The notes below the pieces were generated by a model. That model saw only the letters and a list, made by a program, of their open reading frames with translations. It was not told the DNA's origin and made no database searches. The position numbers and the translations under genes are program-made. A stretch of 64,000 nucleotides of DNA from Syntrophorhabdaceae bacterium. GTDB taxonomy: Bacteria > Desulfobacterota > Syntrophorhabdia > Syntrophorhabdales > Syntrophorhabdaceae. Below, piece after piece: positions 28,918 through 38,795 of this stretch. The stretch lies in assembly GCA_963665295.1 (NCBI GenBank), contig OY762209.1, positions 5,376,001-5,440,000 of the forward strand, written 5' to 3'. Numbering within the stretch: the stretch's first letter is position 1; each line of letters starts with the position of its first letter.

Positions 28918-31116
28918 TTATTTTCGGTCGTCCAGCACGCGTCTTATGAGGATGGCAAGTTCCCGTTTGCCGATGGTTTTTGCAGCGAAGGCGCTGATGC
29001 CGGCCTTCTCGGCAGTTTCCGGCCCTATCCTCTCGTTGAGCCCCGAGGAGAGGATTATGGGGATGTCGGGCCTCATCTCGAGCAGCCTTTTTGCGAGGTC
29101 CACGCCGGTCATATGGGGCATGGTGTAATCCGTAATAACAAGGTCGAATCCTTCCGGCTCCGCTTTGAATGTCTTCAACGCCTCTACACCGTTCATGCTT
29201 CCCACCACCGTGTACCCGAGTTTTCCCAGCCTCTGGCGGTTAAGCTCGACGAGCATTTCTTCGTCGTCCACAAAGAGAATGCGCTCGCGTCCCCCCGGAA
29301 CAGCGGACCGCTCGGTTTCTGCGGCCGAGACGGCGACCGCTTCGGACCTGGGCAGGTATACATTAAAAAGGGACCCCTTTCCGGGTTCGCTCGCCACGGT
29401 GACATATCCCCCATGGCTCTTCACGATACCGTGAACCACCGCAAGACCCATGCCCGTACCTTCCCCGGGGCCTTTGGTGGTAAAGAAAGGATCGAAGATC
29501 TTCTCCGCCGTGTCCCGGGTCATCCCGCATCCCGTGTCCCTCACGGAGAGGCATATGTACATTCCGGGCTTTACGTCGGAGTAGCGACACGCCTCTTCCT
29601 GGGATAGTTCCGCATCGGCCAGAGTTATCTCGAGGACCCCTCCCGTATCCCTCATGGCGTAGGCCCCATTGGTACAGAGGTTCATGAACACCTGGTGTAT
29701 CTGCACGGAGTCGGCCAAAATGGAATCCCGGACACAGTGCAGCCTTTTTTGTATTTCAATGGTAGAGGGAAGGGCGGGCCTCAAAAGCCTGAGAGCGTCC
29801 TCGATGATATGGCTCACCGTGGTCGCCGTCTTTTCCTGTCCTGTCTGGCGGCTGAACGCGAGGATCTGTTTCACGAGATCACGCCCTCTGAAGCCCGCCT
29901 TCAGGGCCAGTTCCAGGTGCCTGCGAAAGGGGTATTCTCCCGGCATATCGTCCATCGCCATCTCGGTAAAACCTATTATGGCGGAAAGGATATTGTTGAA
30001 GTCGTGGGCGATCCCTCCCGCGAGGGTGCCGATCGCCTCCATCTTCTGGGCCTGGCGGAGCTGACTTTCCGCCTGTTTCCGAGCGGTAATGTCGATGTTG
30101 ATCTCCAGCACGTCAAGGGGATTCCCTTCCCGGTCGCGACGCAGGACCTGGCGGCTCGCCACCACGATCTGAGCCCCGTTGCGTTTGGTATGGACAAGCT
30201 CCCCCTCGAACCGGTCATTATTCATCAACGAGTTCCTCATGGCATCATAACCGCCGGGAAACCGGGTCTTCAGGAGCACGCGGGGGACCCGGCCCAGGGC
30301 CTCGTCCCGACTCCATCCGTAAGTCTCTTCCGCCCCCCTGTTCCAATAGGTGATCCGATCGTCTATATCCCGGACAAATATCGTATCATGGGTAAGATTG
30401 AGAAGGTCCGCAGCCTGTCTCACCTCAGCCGTCCGCTCCTCCACCCGGTGCTCAAGCTCGTCCCGGGCTTTCTGCAGCGCCCTTTCCGCCCTCTTCCGTT
30501 CCTCGATCTCGGCATCCCGCTCCTGGATCGTATCGGCGAGACGCTGGTTGAGATCAGTCAGGTCCTTCTGAGCCATCACAAGCTCGCTATTCTGGCGGTA
30601 GGCGTTTTCGTATGTGGAAAGAAGGAGGTTGAGTATCTGAACCCTGTCCGCGGTGATCCGGTAGTTCTGCCCCGCGAAGAACACATTCATGCCCGATTCT
30701 GTCGCAGGGCCCGTGCGCAGACCCTTGTTCGCAATAAGGTACTCTATGTGGGAAACAAGGTATTTCCCGTCATAGGGCTTGGTGATGAAGTTGTCGGCTC
30801 CGACCTCGAGGCCTTTGATGACGTCCCTTGGGTCGGAGAGGGTGGTTACGAGGATGACGGGTACATCCGAAAGGTCCGGAATCATCCGGATCCGTCTCAC
30901 CAGTTCGTAACCGTCCATTTCAGGCATGATGATGTCGGTGATTATTATATGGGGCTTGCGAATACTCAAAAACTCTAGGGCCCGTACACCGTCGGGGGCG
31001 ATGGCCACGTGGAACCCCTTTTTCTCCAGGATGAACTTCAGTTGCTCGGCCTGGGTCGTGCTGTCTTCCACCACCAGGATTTCAATATTGCTCTTTGTGG
31101 CCCCATCGTTTTTCAT
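28918..31116 (-). CDS. Hybrid response regulator/histidine kinase (REC-PAS-HisKA-HATPase-REC), likely chemosensory output
   Basis: [20 protein letters not shown] receiver, PAS (YWNRGAE), AHDFNNIL, C-terminal REC. Confidence 0.9.
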   Translation of the reverse strand: MKNDGATKSNIEILVVEDSTTQAEQLKFILEKKGFHVAIAPDGVRALEFLSIRKPHIIITDIIMPEMDGYELVRRIRMIPDLSDVPVILVTTLSDPRDVIKGLEVGADNFITKPYDGKYLVSHIEYLIANKGLRTGPATESGMNVFFAGQNYRITADRVQILNLLLSTYENAYRQNSELVMAQKDLTDLNQRLADTIQERDAEIEERKRAERALQKARDELEHRVEERTAEVRQAADLLNLTHDTIFVRDIDDRITYWNRGAEETYGWSRDEALGRVPRVLLKTRFPGGYDAMRNSLMNNDRFEGELVHTKRNGAQIVVASRQVLRRDREGNPLDVLEINIDITARKQAESQLRQAQKMEAIGTLAGGIAHDFNNILSAIIGFTEMAMDDMPGEYPFRRHLELALKAGFRGRDLVKQILAFSRQTGQEKTATTVSHIIEDALRLLRPALPSTIEIQKRLHCVRDSILADSVQIHQVFMNLCTNGAYAMRDTGGVLEITLADAELSQEEACRYSDVKPGMYICLSVRDTGCGMTRDTAEKIFDPFFTTKGPGEGTGMGLAVVHGIVKSHGGYVTVASEPGKGSLFNVYLPRSEAVAVSAAETERSAVPGGRERILFVDDEEMLVELNRQRLGKLGYTVVGSMNGVEALKTFKAEPEGFDLVITDYTMPHMTGVDLAKRLLEMRPDIPIILSSGLNERIGPETAEKAGISAFAAKTIGKRELAILIRRVLDDRK

Positions 31117-31138
31117 ATCCGGTCCTTTATATCCTATT

Positions 31139-32236
31139 TCACGTCTTCTTCGTCTTCAACCCGCCGAGACTTGCAAGAAACGTCGCAATCCTCTTCGGGG
31201 GCAACACGTACGTGGCGGCATCGAGCTTCACCGCCTCCCCCGGCATGCCGAAAACCACGGAGGTTTCACTGTCCTGCGCAATGGTAATAGCGCCCTTCTC
31301 CTTCATCGCCTTCAACCCGTCCGCCCCGTCACTGCCCATGCCGGTGAGGAGCACCCCCGCGGCGTCTTTCCCGAAAACCTCCGCAACAGAACGGAAGAGA
31401 CAGGAGACGGATGGGCGTGTACCGTTTTCCGGGGCATCAGGGACACATATGGCCCTCCCATCGGCGCTCACCTTCATCTGAAGACCATCGGGCGCCACGT
31501 ATACATGTCCCGGAAGGATGAGGTCCCGGTTCGAGGCGACGCGAACGACCATGGGCGACTTCTGTCCGAGCCATTCGGCAAATCCCTGGATGAAACCGGG
31601 CGACATGTGCTGGACAATCAGGAGGGGGGCCGCGAAATCCCCGGGAAGCCGGGAGAGAATCTGCTCGATTGCCGGGGGCCCTCCCGTCGATGCACCCACG
31701 GCAACGACCTTGACTTCCGTTGGTCCCCATGAAAGGGCTTCTTTCCCCTGTCCCGCCAAAGTCACAGGGGCCACCCTTTTCCGGGCCCAACGCTTGACGA
31801 CTTTAATCTCCGACATGAGCTTCACCGTGGTGATCAGCTCCGCCGCATTCGCCCTGTAGTCGGGATGGCCGATCCCGTTCGGTTTCTGCAATATTGCGAG
31901 GGCGCCCGCTTCGATAGCCTTGAAGGACATCTCCATCTCATTCGAGTCGGGCCTGCCGGTCACAATGACGATGGGAACAGGGTCGGTCTCCATGATGGCC
32001 CGCGTCGCTTCGAAACCGTCCATTCCCGGCATATTGATGTCCATAGTGATCACGTCGGGCCGTTGCCGCCCCATCATCTCCATGGCGTCCCTGCCGCCCG
32101 CGGCAACGCCCGTCACCTGGATCTCCGGGTCGGAGCCGAGGATGTGGGAAAGGAGCTGCCTGGCCACAGGAGAATCGTCGACTACGAGAACTTTGATCTG
32201 AGGGAAATCACCCGCAACGGGCATAGTTCCGGTCAT
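31139..32236 (-). CDS. cheB: Chemotaxis methylesterase CheB (WspF-like)
   Basis: REC plus GASTGGP, VQHM, LTGMGSDGADG. Confidence 0.95.
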   Translation of the reverse strand: MTGTMPVAGDFPQIKVLVVDDSPVARQLLSHILGSDPEIQVTGVAAGGRDAMEMMGRQRPDVITMDINMPGMDGFEATRAIMETDPVPIVIVTGRPDSNEMEMSFKAIEAGALAILQKPNGIGHPDYRANAAELITTVKLMSEIKVVKRWARKRVAPVTLAGQGKEALSWGPTEVKVVAVGASTGGPPAIEQILSRLPGDFAAPLLIVQHMSPGFIQGFAEWLGQKSPMVVRVASNRDLILPGHVYVAPDGLQMKVSADGRAICVPDAPENGTRPSVSCLFRSVAEVFGKDAAGVLLTGMGSDGADGLKAMKEKGAITIAQDSETSVVFGMPGEAVKLDAATYVLPPKRIATFLASLGGLKTKKT

Positions 32237-34404
32237 ACCAGCCTTTTCACGACCTCCAGCAGGTTGCTCTGATCAAAGCTGCTCTTTACGATATACGCAT
32301 TGGCGCCCGCGTCTACCCCCCGTTCCCTGTCTTCCATCGATTCAAGGGCAGTGACGAGCACGATGGGAAGGTCCGAGAGCCTTCTGTCCGCCCGTACCTT
32401 TGCGGTAAGGTCGAATCCGTTCATCCTGGGCATATCCACGTCCGACACGAGGAGATCATAGCCGCCTTTGGCGAGGACGGAAAAGGCGTCCATTCCGTCA
32501 ACGGCGACGGCCACATCGTAGCCCGCCGTTTCAAGGATGCCCTTGAGGAGGGTCCTTGCGGTAATCGAGTCCTCCGCAACGAGAATGCGGACCTTCTTTT
32601 CCGTCAAAGCGATATCCGAGCCTCCATAGGAGGGGGAAGCCTTCACCGCGGATTTCGTGAGATCGGCTACATTAAGGATCGGGATAACCTTGCCGCTCCC
32701 GAGCACGGTGGCTCCTGAAACATTCCGCACCCTGGAAAGCTGTTTTCCGAGGGGCTTCACCAGCACTTCCTGTTCGTGAAGGACCTCGTCTACCTGGAAG
32801 ACCATGCGGTGCGGAGCGGACCCGAGCACTACCACCTGGATAAAAGGGTCTGATGGGTCTTCACGCCCTATCCCCGGCTTCATCTCCAACACATCGGCAA
32901 GTCTCACAAGAGAGGCCGCCTGGCCGTCCAGTACCACAGTCTCACGGTTTTCCACAGTCCTCACCGCGTCTTTCCTCACCCGTGTAACCCTTTGCACACT
33001 CGTCGACGGAAGGATGAATTGCTGCCCGTCCACCCTCACCAGGACTCCACGGAACGTGGCCAGTGTAAGGGGGACCAGGAGTCTTATGGTGGAACCCTCG
33101 TCGGGCTGCGATTCTATCTCCACGCCGCCCCCGAGCTTTTCCACTTTTTCTCTGACGATGGCGAGCCCGAGCCCCCGGCCCGAAATATCGGTGACAATGG
33201 GGCTCGTGGTGACTCCCGACCTGAAAACCAGGAGCAGTGCCTCCTTTTCCCCCAGCTTTACCCCTTCCTCACAGGATATGACCCCGTCCTTCTCCGCCGC
33301 AGCCCGGACCCTGGCGGCATTGATGCCCGCCCCGTCGTCGGACACGGCGATCTCAATTCTGCTGTCCCGGGAGGAGATGATGATCTTTATGCTTCCAAAG
33401 CGGGGCTTCCCCTTCCTCTCCCGGTCATGGGGCATTTCCACGCCGTGGTCTATACAGTTTCTCACGAGGTGGATAAGGGGGTCCTTCACTTCCTCCAGCA
33501 CCCTCCGGTCTATCTCAATCTCCCCTCCCCGGATGGTCAGTTCCACTTCTTTCCCCGCTTCTCGGGAAAGGTTCCTCACGAACCCCGGAAACCCCTCGAG
33601 GAGAGATGAAAAAGGCAGCATCAACGTCTTCTTCATGTCGGCAAGAAGGGAATCCACCAGGGTCCCCATGGACCGACGGTCGAGTTCGGCGGCGTGCGTG
33701 AGTTTCGTGAGTATGGGTTCGACAGACTGGGCGAGGTCATCGGACGGACGGCGATGGGAACGGGCCCCCTTCTTCCACTGGTTGAAGACCTCCTTCAGTT
33801 CCTTCAGTTCCTCGACGCGCTCCCCGAAGGCGAGCTTGGCTGAAAGCATCTCTTCCGCCTTGAAGAGGAGGGAGTCAAGTTTTGAAACAGAGATCCGGAT
33901 GGTCCCTGCCTGGGTGACTCCGGGCGCGGGCGGGACCGCAGATTCGGGGGTGGGCCTTCTTGTCTCTTCCGCCTTCCCCTTTTGGGGTCCGGACTTTCCT
34001 CCCCGGGCCACCGCACGGTCAAGCTCGACGATGAGATCCCTGCCGCCCGGCATGCCGGAAGGAGCCTGCTCTCCCCGGAGGGCGAGGGCGCGAGTGAAAT
34101 CGACAGCCCGGTGGAGCAGGTCCAATGTGTCGGGAGAAGGGTCCGCGCCTTTGCGTTTGAACGCGGAAAAGACGTTCTCCATGGCCTGGCAGACGGACAC
34201 GATTTCCCCGAGGTTCACGGACCGGGCCGCTCCTTTCAGGCTGTGGGATTCGCGGAACACGTTTTCCACCACCTCGGCCTGCCTCTTCGGGTCGCCTTTC
34301 TCGATCTCCAGGAGACCTTCAGCGATCGCGGTAAGGTGCTCCTCCGCTTCGATCTTGAAAGTGGAAAGGAGCCTCTTCAGAAACTCCTCGTCCCTCACGT
34401 CCAT
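32233..34404 (-). CDS. cheA: CheA-REC hybrid kinase (WspE-like)
   Basis: FRESHSLKGAA Hpt, HLVRNCIDHG, SGRGLGL, CheW domain, C-terminal REC. Confidence 0.95.
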   Translation of the reverse strand: MDVRDEEFLKRLLSTFKIEAEEHLTAIAEGLLEIEKGDPKRQAEVVENVFRESHSLKGAARSVNLGEIVSVCQAMENVFSAFKRKGADPSPDTLDLLHRAVDFTRALALRGEQAPSGMPGGRDLIVELDRAVARGGKSGPQKGKAEETRRPTPESAVPPAPGVTQAGTIRISVSKLDSLLFKAEEMLSAKLAFGERVEELKELKEVFNQWKKGARSHRRPSDDLAQSVEPILTKLTHAAELDRRSMGTLVDSLLADMKKTLMLPFSSLLEGFPGFVRNLSREAGKEVELTIRGGEIEIDRRVLEEVKDPLIHLVRNCIDHGVEMPHDRERKGKPRFGSIKIIISSRDSRIEIAVSDDGAGINAARVRAAAEKDGVISCEEGVKLGEKEALLLVFRSGVTTSPIVTDISGRGLGLAIVREKVEKLGGGVEIESQPDEGSTIRLLVPLTLATFRGVLVRVDGQQFILPSTSVQRVTRVRKDAVRTVENRETVVLDGQAASLVRLADVLEMKPGIGREDPSDPFIQVVVLGSAPHRMVFQVDEVLHEQEVLVKPLGKQLSRVRNVSGATVLGSGKVIPILNVADLTKSAVKASPSYGGSDIALTEKKVRILVAEDSITARTLLKGILETAGYDVAVAVDGMDAFSVLAKGGYDLLVSDVDMPRMNGFDLTAKVRADRRLSDLPIVLVTALESMEDRERGVDAGANAYIVKSSFDQSNLLEVVKRLV

Positions 34405-34450
34405 TCCCGTCCCTCAATATGCACCCTATGGTCGCCTGGCCGTCCTGCCT

Positions 34451-36127
34451 TCATACTTCGTACCGTTCCACCATCTTCTTCAGTTTCTGTCCCAGTTCGT
34501 TCAAGTCGTGGGCCGCTCTTTCAGCCTGTCTCGTGCCCGACACGTTCTGCTGGGCCGCCGTCTTGATATTCTCCATGGCCAATGCGATCTGGTCCATGCC
34601 GGCAAACTGCTGCTGGCTTGACGCCGCGATCTGGGTGGCTGCCCGCGCCGATTCCGCGATGCTCTCCGCAAGCCTCCTTATGGATTCCCCGGACTCAGCC
34701 GCCTGCTTCACGCTCCCGTCTACCGCCTTGCTCACCTGTTCCGCCGCGAGCACGGACGCGCTGGTCGCCCGCTGTATATCGCCCAGGATGGCTCTCACCT
34801 GGGCCGTCGCCTGCTTCGACTGGTCCGCGAGGCTCCTGATCTCCTGGGCCACCACGGAGAAGCCTTTTCCCTGTTCCCCGGCCTTCGCCGCTTCTATGGC
34901 GGCGTTCACGGACAACAGGTTCGACTGCTGCGCGAGGTCGTTCACCACCGAGATGATCTCCCCGATGGCCTGTGTCTGCTCGCTCAGCCTCACGATGCTC
35001 TCCCCCACGGTTTCCATCAGTTCCCTGATATGGCCTGTTCCTTCCACGGTCTTTGCCACCGCCTCATTGCCCTGCTGGGCGACGGAAGCGGCCTTCTGAG
35101 CGCCCTCGGAGACGCTCCTCGACTTCTCCGCCGAAAGCTGGGCAGTCTGTTTGACTTCCTCCACCGTCGTCGTGGTCTCACTCACCGATGCGGCCGTTTC
35201 CGATGACACGGTAGCCAACTCGGTGGTAAGGGCGAGGATTTCCGCCACGGAAGACGCAAGCATGGTCGCCGCATCCTGCACCTGCTGGTTCAATGCCCGG
35301 AGGTTCTCCTCAGCCTGTTTGCGCTCCGTAATATCCCGGGCCGCGGCAAAGACACCCAGGATATTCCCCTCCGCGTCCTTGTATACCGATGCATTGTAAA
35401 GGACATGGGTCAGCTTTCCGGTCGAATGCCTGATGGTGAGAGGGTAATCGGTGACGAAGCCCCGCTCGAAGACCTGCCTGTATCCGTCGCTCGCCTTCTC
35501 CGGCTCGGTGAAGTAGTTTGAAAAATCCGTGCCTATGAGCCTCTCCCGGGCGACGCCGGTAACCCGTATGGTCGCCTCGTTGACGTCGGTGATCTTTCCC
35601 TCTGCACTGATGGTCACGAGGGGGTCAAGACTCGCTTCGATCAGGCTCCGGGCGTACTGGGAGGCCCGTCTCTGTTCGGTCACATCCCGGGCCGCGGCAA
35701 AGACACCCAGGATATTCCCCTCCGCGTCCTTGTATACCGATGCATTGTAAAGGACATGGGTCAGCTTTCCGGTCGCATGCCTGATGGTGAGAGGGTAATC
35801 GGTGACGAAGCCCCGCTCGAAGACCTGCCTGTATCCGTCGCTCGCCTTCTCCGGCTCGGTGAAGTAGTTTGAAAAATCCGTGCCTATGAGCCTCTCCCGG
35901 GCGACGCCGGTAACCCGTATGGTCGCCTCGTTGACGTCGGTGATCTTTCCCTCTGCACTGATGGTCACGAGGGGGTCAAGACTCGCTTCGATCAGGCTCC
36001 GGGCGTACTGGGAGGCCCGCCGGAGTTCCTCCTCCAGTTTGCCCGCGCTCATTCCCTGCGAGTTGGTGGTGGGTGAAGAAGCCTGTCCGGTCTTTTCCGG
36101 CGCCAGGAGATCTCGAAACAGTTTCAT
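34451..36127 (-). CDS. Soluble methyl-accepting chemotaxis protein with two PAS domains
   Basis: QSNLLSVNAAIEAAKAGEQGKGFSVVAQEIRSLA signalling hairpin; no TM segment; duplicated PAS. Confidence 0.93.
   Translation of the reverse strand: MKLFRDLLAPEKTGQASSPTTNSQGMSAGKLEEELRRASQYARSLIEASLDPLVTISAEGKITDVNEATIRVTGVARERLIGTDFSNYFTEPEKASDGYRQVFERGFVTDYPLTIRHATGKLTHVLYNASVYKDAEGNILGVFAAARDVTEQRRASQYARSLIEASLDPLVTISAEGKITDVNEATIRVTGVARERLIGTDFSNYFTEPEKASDGYRQVFERGFVTDYPLTIRHSTGKLTHVLYNASVYKDAEGNILGVFAAARDITERKQAEENLRALNQQVQDAATMLASSVAEILALTTELATVSSETAASVSETTTTVEEVKQTAQLSAEKSRSVSEGAQKAASVAQQGNEAVAKTVEGTGHIRELMETVGESIVRLSEQTQAIGEIISVVNDLAQQSNLLSVNAAIEAAKAGEQGKGFSVVAQEIRSLADQSKQATAQVRAILGDIQRATSASVLAAEQVSKAVDGSVKQAAESGESIRRLAESIAESARAATQIAASSQQQFAGMDQIALAMENIKTAAQQNVSGTRQAERAAHDLNELGQKLKKMVERYEV
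35333..36019. repeat. Intragenic direct repeat, 2 x 336 bp, period 351 bp (PAS duplication)
   Basis: 35333-35668 versus 35684-36019 differ at one position by my reading (GAATG/GCATG). Confidence 0.93.
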
Positions 36128-36145
36128 TGTGCAGCCTCCTTATAA

Positions 36146-36747
36146 TCATACATCCTCGTGGATAATGAGATTCTTGTCCGCCAGGAGCTTCCTTGCGTCC
36201 AGAACCGCCGTCCGCCCCGTCGTGACTCCAAAGAGAAATTCCTCGCGAATCCCCACGAGCGTGGGGAGGGGGGGCTGAATCTCCCTGAGAGGGATGGCGC
36301 GCACATGGAGTATGGAATCGGCGAGGATGCCGAATTCCATCGTGCCGTCATGGATGACAATCACCTTGTTGAGGTCGGTAATGCCCTGACCGGGCATGTC
36401 GAAAAATTTCCTGATATCGATGACGGATATGATCTGTCCTCTCAGGTTTACGAGGCCCAGGACAAAAGGGGGGGCGTGCACGGCACCGGTGTGTAATCCC
36501 TGATGGGATACACCTCGCGGACGTAGCTTGTCTCTATGCCGTATTGTTCCCCGCCAAGAAGAAACTCGACCACTTCAATACAGTCTTCCACTTTTGTCTC
36601 TTCGGGCTCCCTCGCGAGCCTTTCCGCCCGTGCCCTGAGGACCGCTTCCCGATCCAACCTCGCCGGCGAGTCTCCCTTTTCTATCCCTTCCCCGACTCGT
36701 TCCAAATGCTCACGGATCGCCTTCCAATCGATCTTCTCCGTGCTCAT
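36146..36747 (-). pseudogene. cheW: CheW (WspD-like), frameshifted at a C7T4 homopolymer
   Basis: ORF 36448-36747 encodes ...VREVYPIRDYTPVPCTPP and ORF 36146-36481 continues PFVLGLVNLRGQIISVID in another frame; junction is AAAAGGGGGGG at 36464-36474. Confidence 0.85.
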
Positions 36748-38252
36748 GAATTACGTCTTCCCCCTGTCCGTCTTATTGTCTCGATTATCTCCGCGAGTCT
36801 CCCCGCGCTGATGCCTTCAGATTCGGGCAAAGTATCCGCCTCCCCGTAGGACTTGAGGAGGAGGGTTGCGTTCTCGAAGCACTTTTCCGCTTCTTCAGGC
36901 TTGCCCTGCCGGCACATCAGAGATCCGAGGGCGAAATGGGCAAGGACGAAGTCGCGGTCCACATAGATGGCCCGTCTGAAGGACGCGGCGGCTTCGGTGG
37001 TTCTGCCGATCTCGTTAAGGATAGTCCCTTTAAGAAAGTACAGGGACCGGCTGAGCTTGTTCCTGTCGATCGCCTTTTGACACAACTCCAGCGCCTCCGG
37101 CAGCCGGCCCCGGTCCGCAGCCGACCTTGCCTCAAAGGCGAGATCGGAAAGAGCGCCTTGGGGCTCAGGAGTCGCAACTTTGGTGACAGGCCTCGCAAAA
37201 ACGACAGTTTCAACCGGGTCGGCCGAGGTTGCCGCCATGCTGCCCGCGGGTGTGTCGCCCACGGTCTTCGTCTTATGGGGCCGGATATCCTTCAACGGGT
37301 CCATCTTCCCCGGTTCGTCTTCTTCCGCGGGAGCGACCGCTTCCTTCGCCCCTGTCTTCCTGTAAAGGGTGGCCTGCGGAAACCTCACGCCTTTGAAGGG
37401 CGACAATATCCCCTGAGACCCCTCGATGGGATTGATGACGAGCCATCCGTCGTCCACGAGGGACATGGAAAATTGCCGGGCGACCCTCTTCGCCCGCTCG
37501 CGTGAGAAATACATGAGCACGTTGCGGCAAAAGATGATATCCATGGCGCTTGTATTGTTCACAAGGGAGGGATACGGGTCGTGGGCGAGGTTGTGGTAGG
37601 AGAAGGTAACCATCTTCTTGATGCGGCGGACGATCTCGAAACCCTTCTTCGTCTTTGTGAAGTAGCCTTCCCGCACCCACTCCGGCGTATCGCGAAAAGA
37701 CCACGGGCTGTATATGCCTTTCGCCGCCTTCTCGAGCGATCGGGGGTTGATGTCCGTCGCGAGGAGGGTGACGTGCCGGCCCGCAGGTTCCGGAAGAATT
37801 TTGTCGAGCAATATGGCGATGGAGTAAGGTTCCTCTCCGGTGGAACAGCCTGCGCTCCAGATCCTTATCCTCCTGTCTTCCTTTTTCCTCAAGCGGATAA
37901 TCTCGGGGACTATTGCCTCCGCCACGGTATCGAGGCTCCCCGCGTCCCTGAAGAAATACGTCTCCCCCACGGTGATGTTGGCGGCGAGGGCTTCAATCCC
38001 GGTTTGAGATGAGGGTGACGACAGGAGTCGCCCTACATATGATGCGGTATCGTCATATCCGGCCTCCCGGGCGGTATCACGTACATGTCTTTCCAGATCT
38101 GCGTGTCGTTCCCCGGGAAAAGCAAGGCCCATTTTTTCTTCGATGAACCGGCTGAGACGGAGGAGGAGTGCGGGGGGAAGCTTGTGGGACCCTTCTTCCG
38201 GAGAGGGGTTTTCACCGTTCCTTCCGGATTCTCTTTGCAGCCTATGCGTCAT
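36744..38252 (-). CDS. cheR: CheR methyltransferase with C-terminal TPR (WspC-like)
   Basis: TVGETYFFRD, IWSAGCSTGEEPYS, DIIFCRNVLMYF, TPR (FRRAIYVDRDFVLAHFALG). Start approximate. Confidence 0.92.
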   Translation of the reverse strand: MTHRLQRESGRNGENPSPEEGSHKLPPALLLRLSRFIEEKMGLAFPGERHADLERHVRDTAREAGYDDTASYVGRLLSSPSSQTGIEALAANITVGETYFFRDAGSLDTVAEAIVPEIIRLRKKEDRRIRIWSAGCSTGEEPYSIAILLDKILPEPAGRHVTLLATDINPRSLEKAAKGIYSPWSFRDTPEWVREGYFTKTKKGFEIVRRIKKMVTFSYHNLAHDPYPSLVNNTSAMDIIFCRNVLMYFSRERAKRVARQFSMSLVDDGWLVINPIEGSQGILSPFKGVRFPQATLYRKTGAKEAVAPAEEDEPGKMDPLKDIRPHKTKTVGDTPAGSMAATSADPVETVVFARPVTKVATPEPQGALSDLAFEARSAADRGRLPEALELCQKAIDRNKLSRSLYFLKGTILNEIGRTTEAAASFRRAIYVDRDFVLAHFALGSLMCRQGKPEEAEKCFENATLLLKSYGEADTLPESEGISAGRLAEIIETIRRTGGRRNS

Positions 38253-38733
38253 GACCGCCTGCGTCGGGTTGCCCGGGATAAAGGACGAGGAGCCGGTCCA
38301 TGGCCGCTTCCTCGTCAAGAGACAGAAACTTGTCGAGGTCGTAAATATACACGATACCGCCTTTCAATTTCACCACGCCTTCGAGGCACTCTATCCCCGG
38401 GAAAAGTTCTTCCGACGGGGTCATGTCTCCGTCCTCCAATCCGGCTACTCCTTCGGCGTCGTCCACGAGAATCGCGACACGACGTCTTGACGTGCGGGCA
38501 ATGAGCATCTGGTCGTCAAGGCCCATCTCCGCCTCGGGAAGCCCCAGGAGCCTGCGGACGCTGAGCACAGGGACCGCCTGGCCGCACACGTTGATAAGGC
38601 CCATCACAATGGAAGGTGCTTTCGGCAACGGCGATATTTCGACGGCCCGGACTACTCTCTCAACCCTTGAAAGAGGCAGGGCGCAACGCTGCCGGGAAAG
38701 AGTGAAGACAAGCAATCGGTCGATTCCGTTCAT
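38242..38733 (-). CDS. cheW: CheW (WspB-like)
   Basis: LVFTL...ALPLSRVERVV..PLPKAPSIVMGLINVCGQAVPVL; GAGGAG RBS. Confidence 0.88.
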   Translation of the reverse strand: MNGIDRLLVFTLSRQRCALPLSRVERVVRAVEISPLPKAPSIVMGLINVCGQAVPVLSVRRLLGLPEAEMGLDDQMLIARTSRRRVAILVDDAEGVAGLEDGDMTPSEELFPGIECLEGVVKLKGGIVYIYDLDKFLSLDEEAAMDRLLVLYPGQPDAGGHDA

Positions 38734-38795
38734 ATCTCCTCTTCATGAATATACCACACCTGCGAGAGATGCGCACGCCCGGGAGCCTGTCTCTG

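Noticed and set aside
32804..34621. 605-aa plus-strand ORF
   Set aside because: Antisense shadow of cheA/mcp; Ser-rich, non-protein-like composition.
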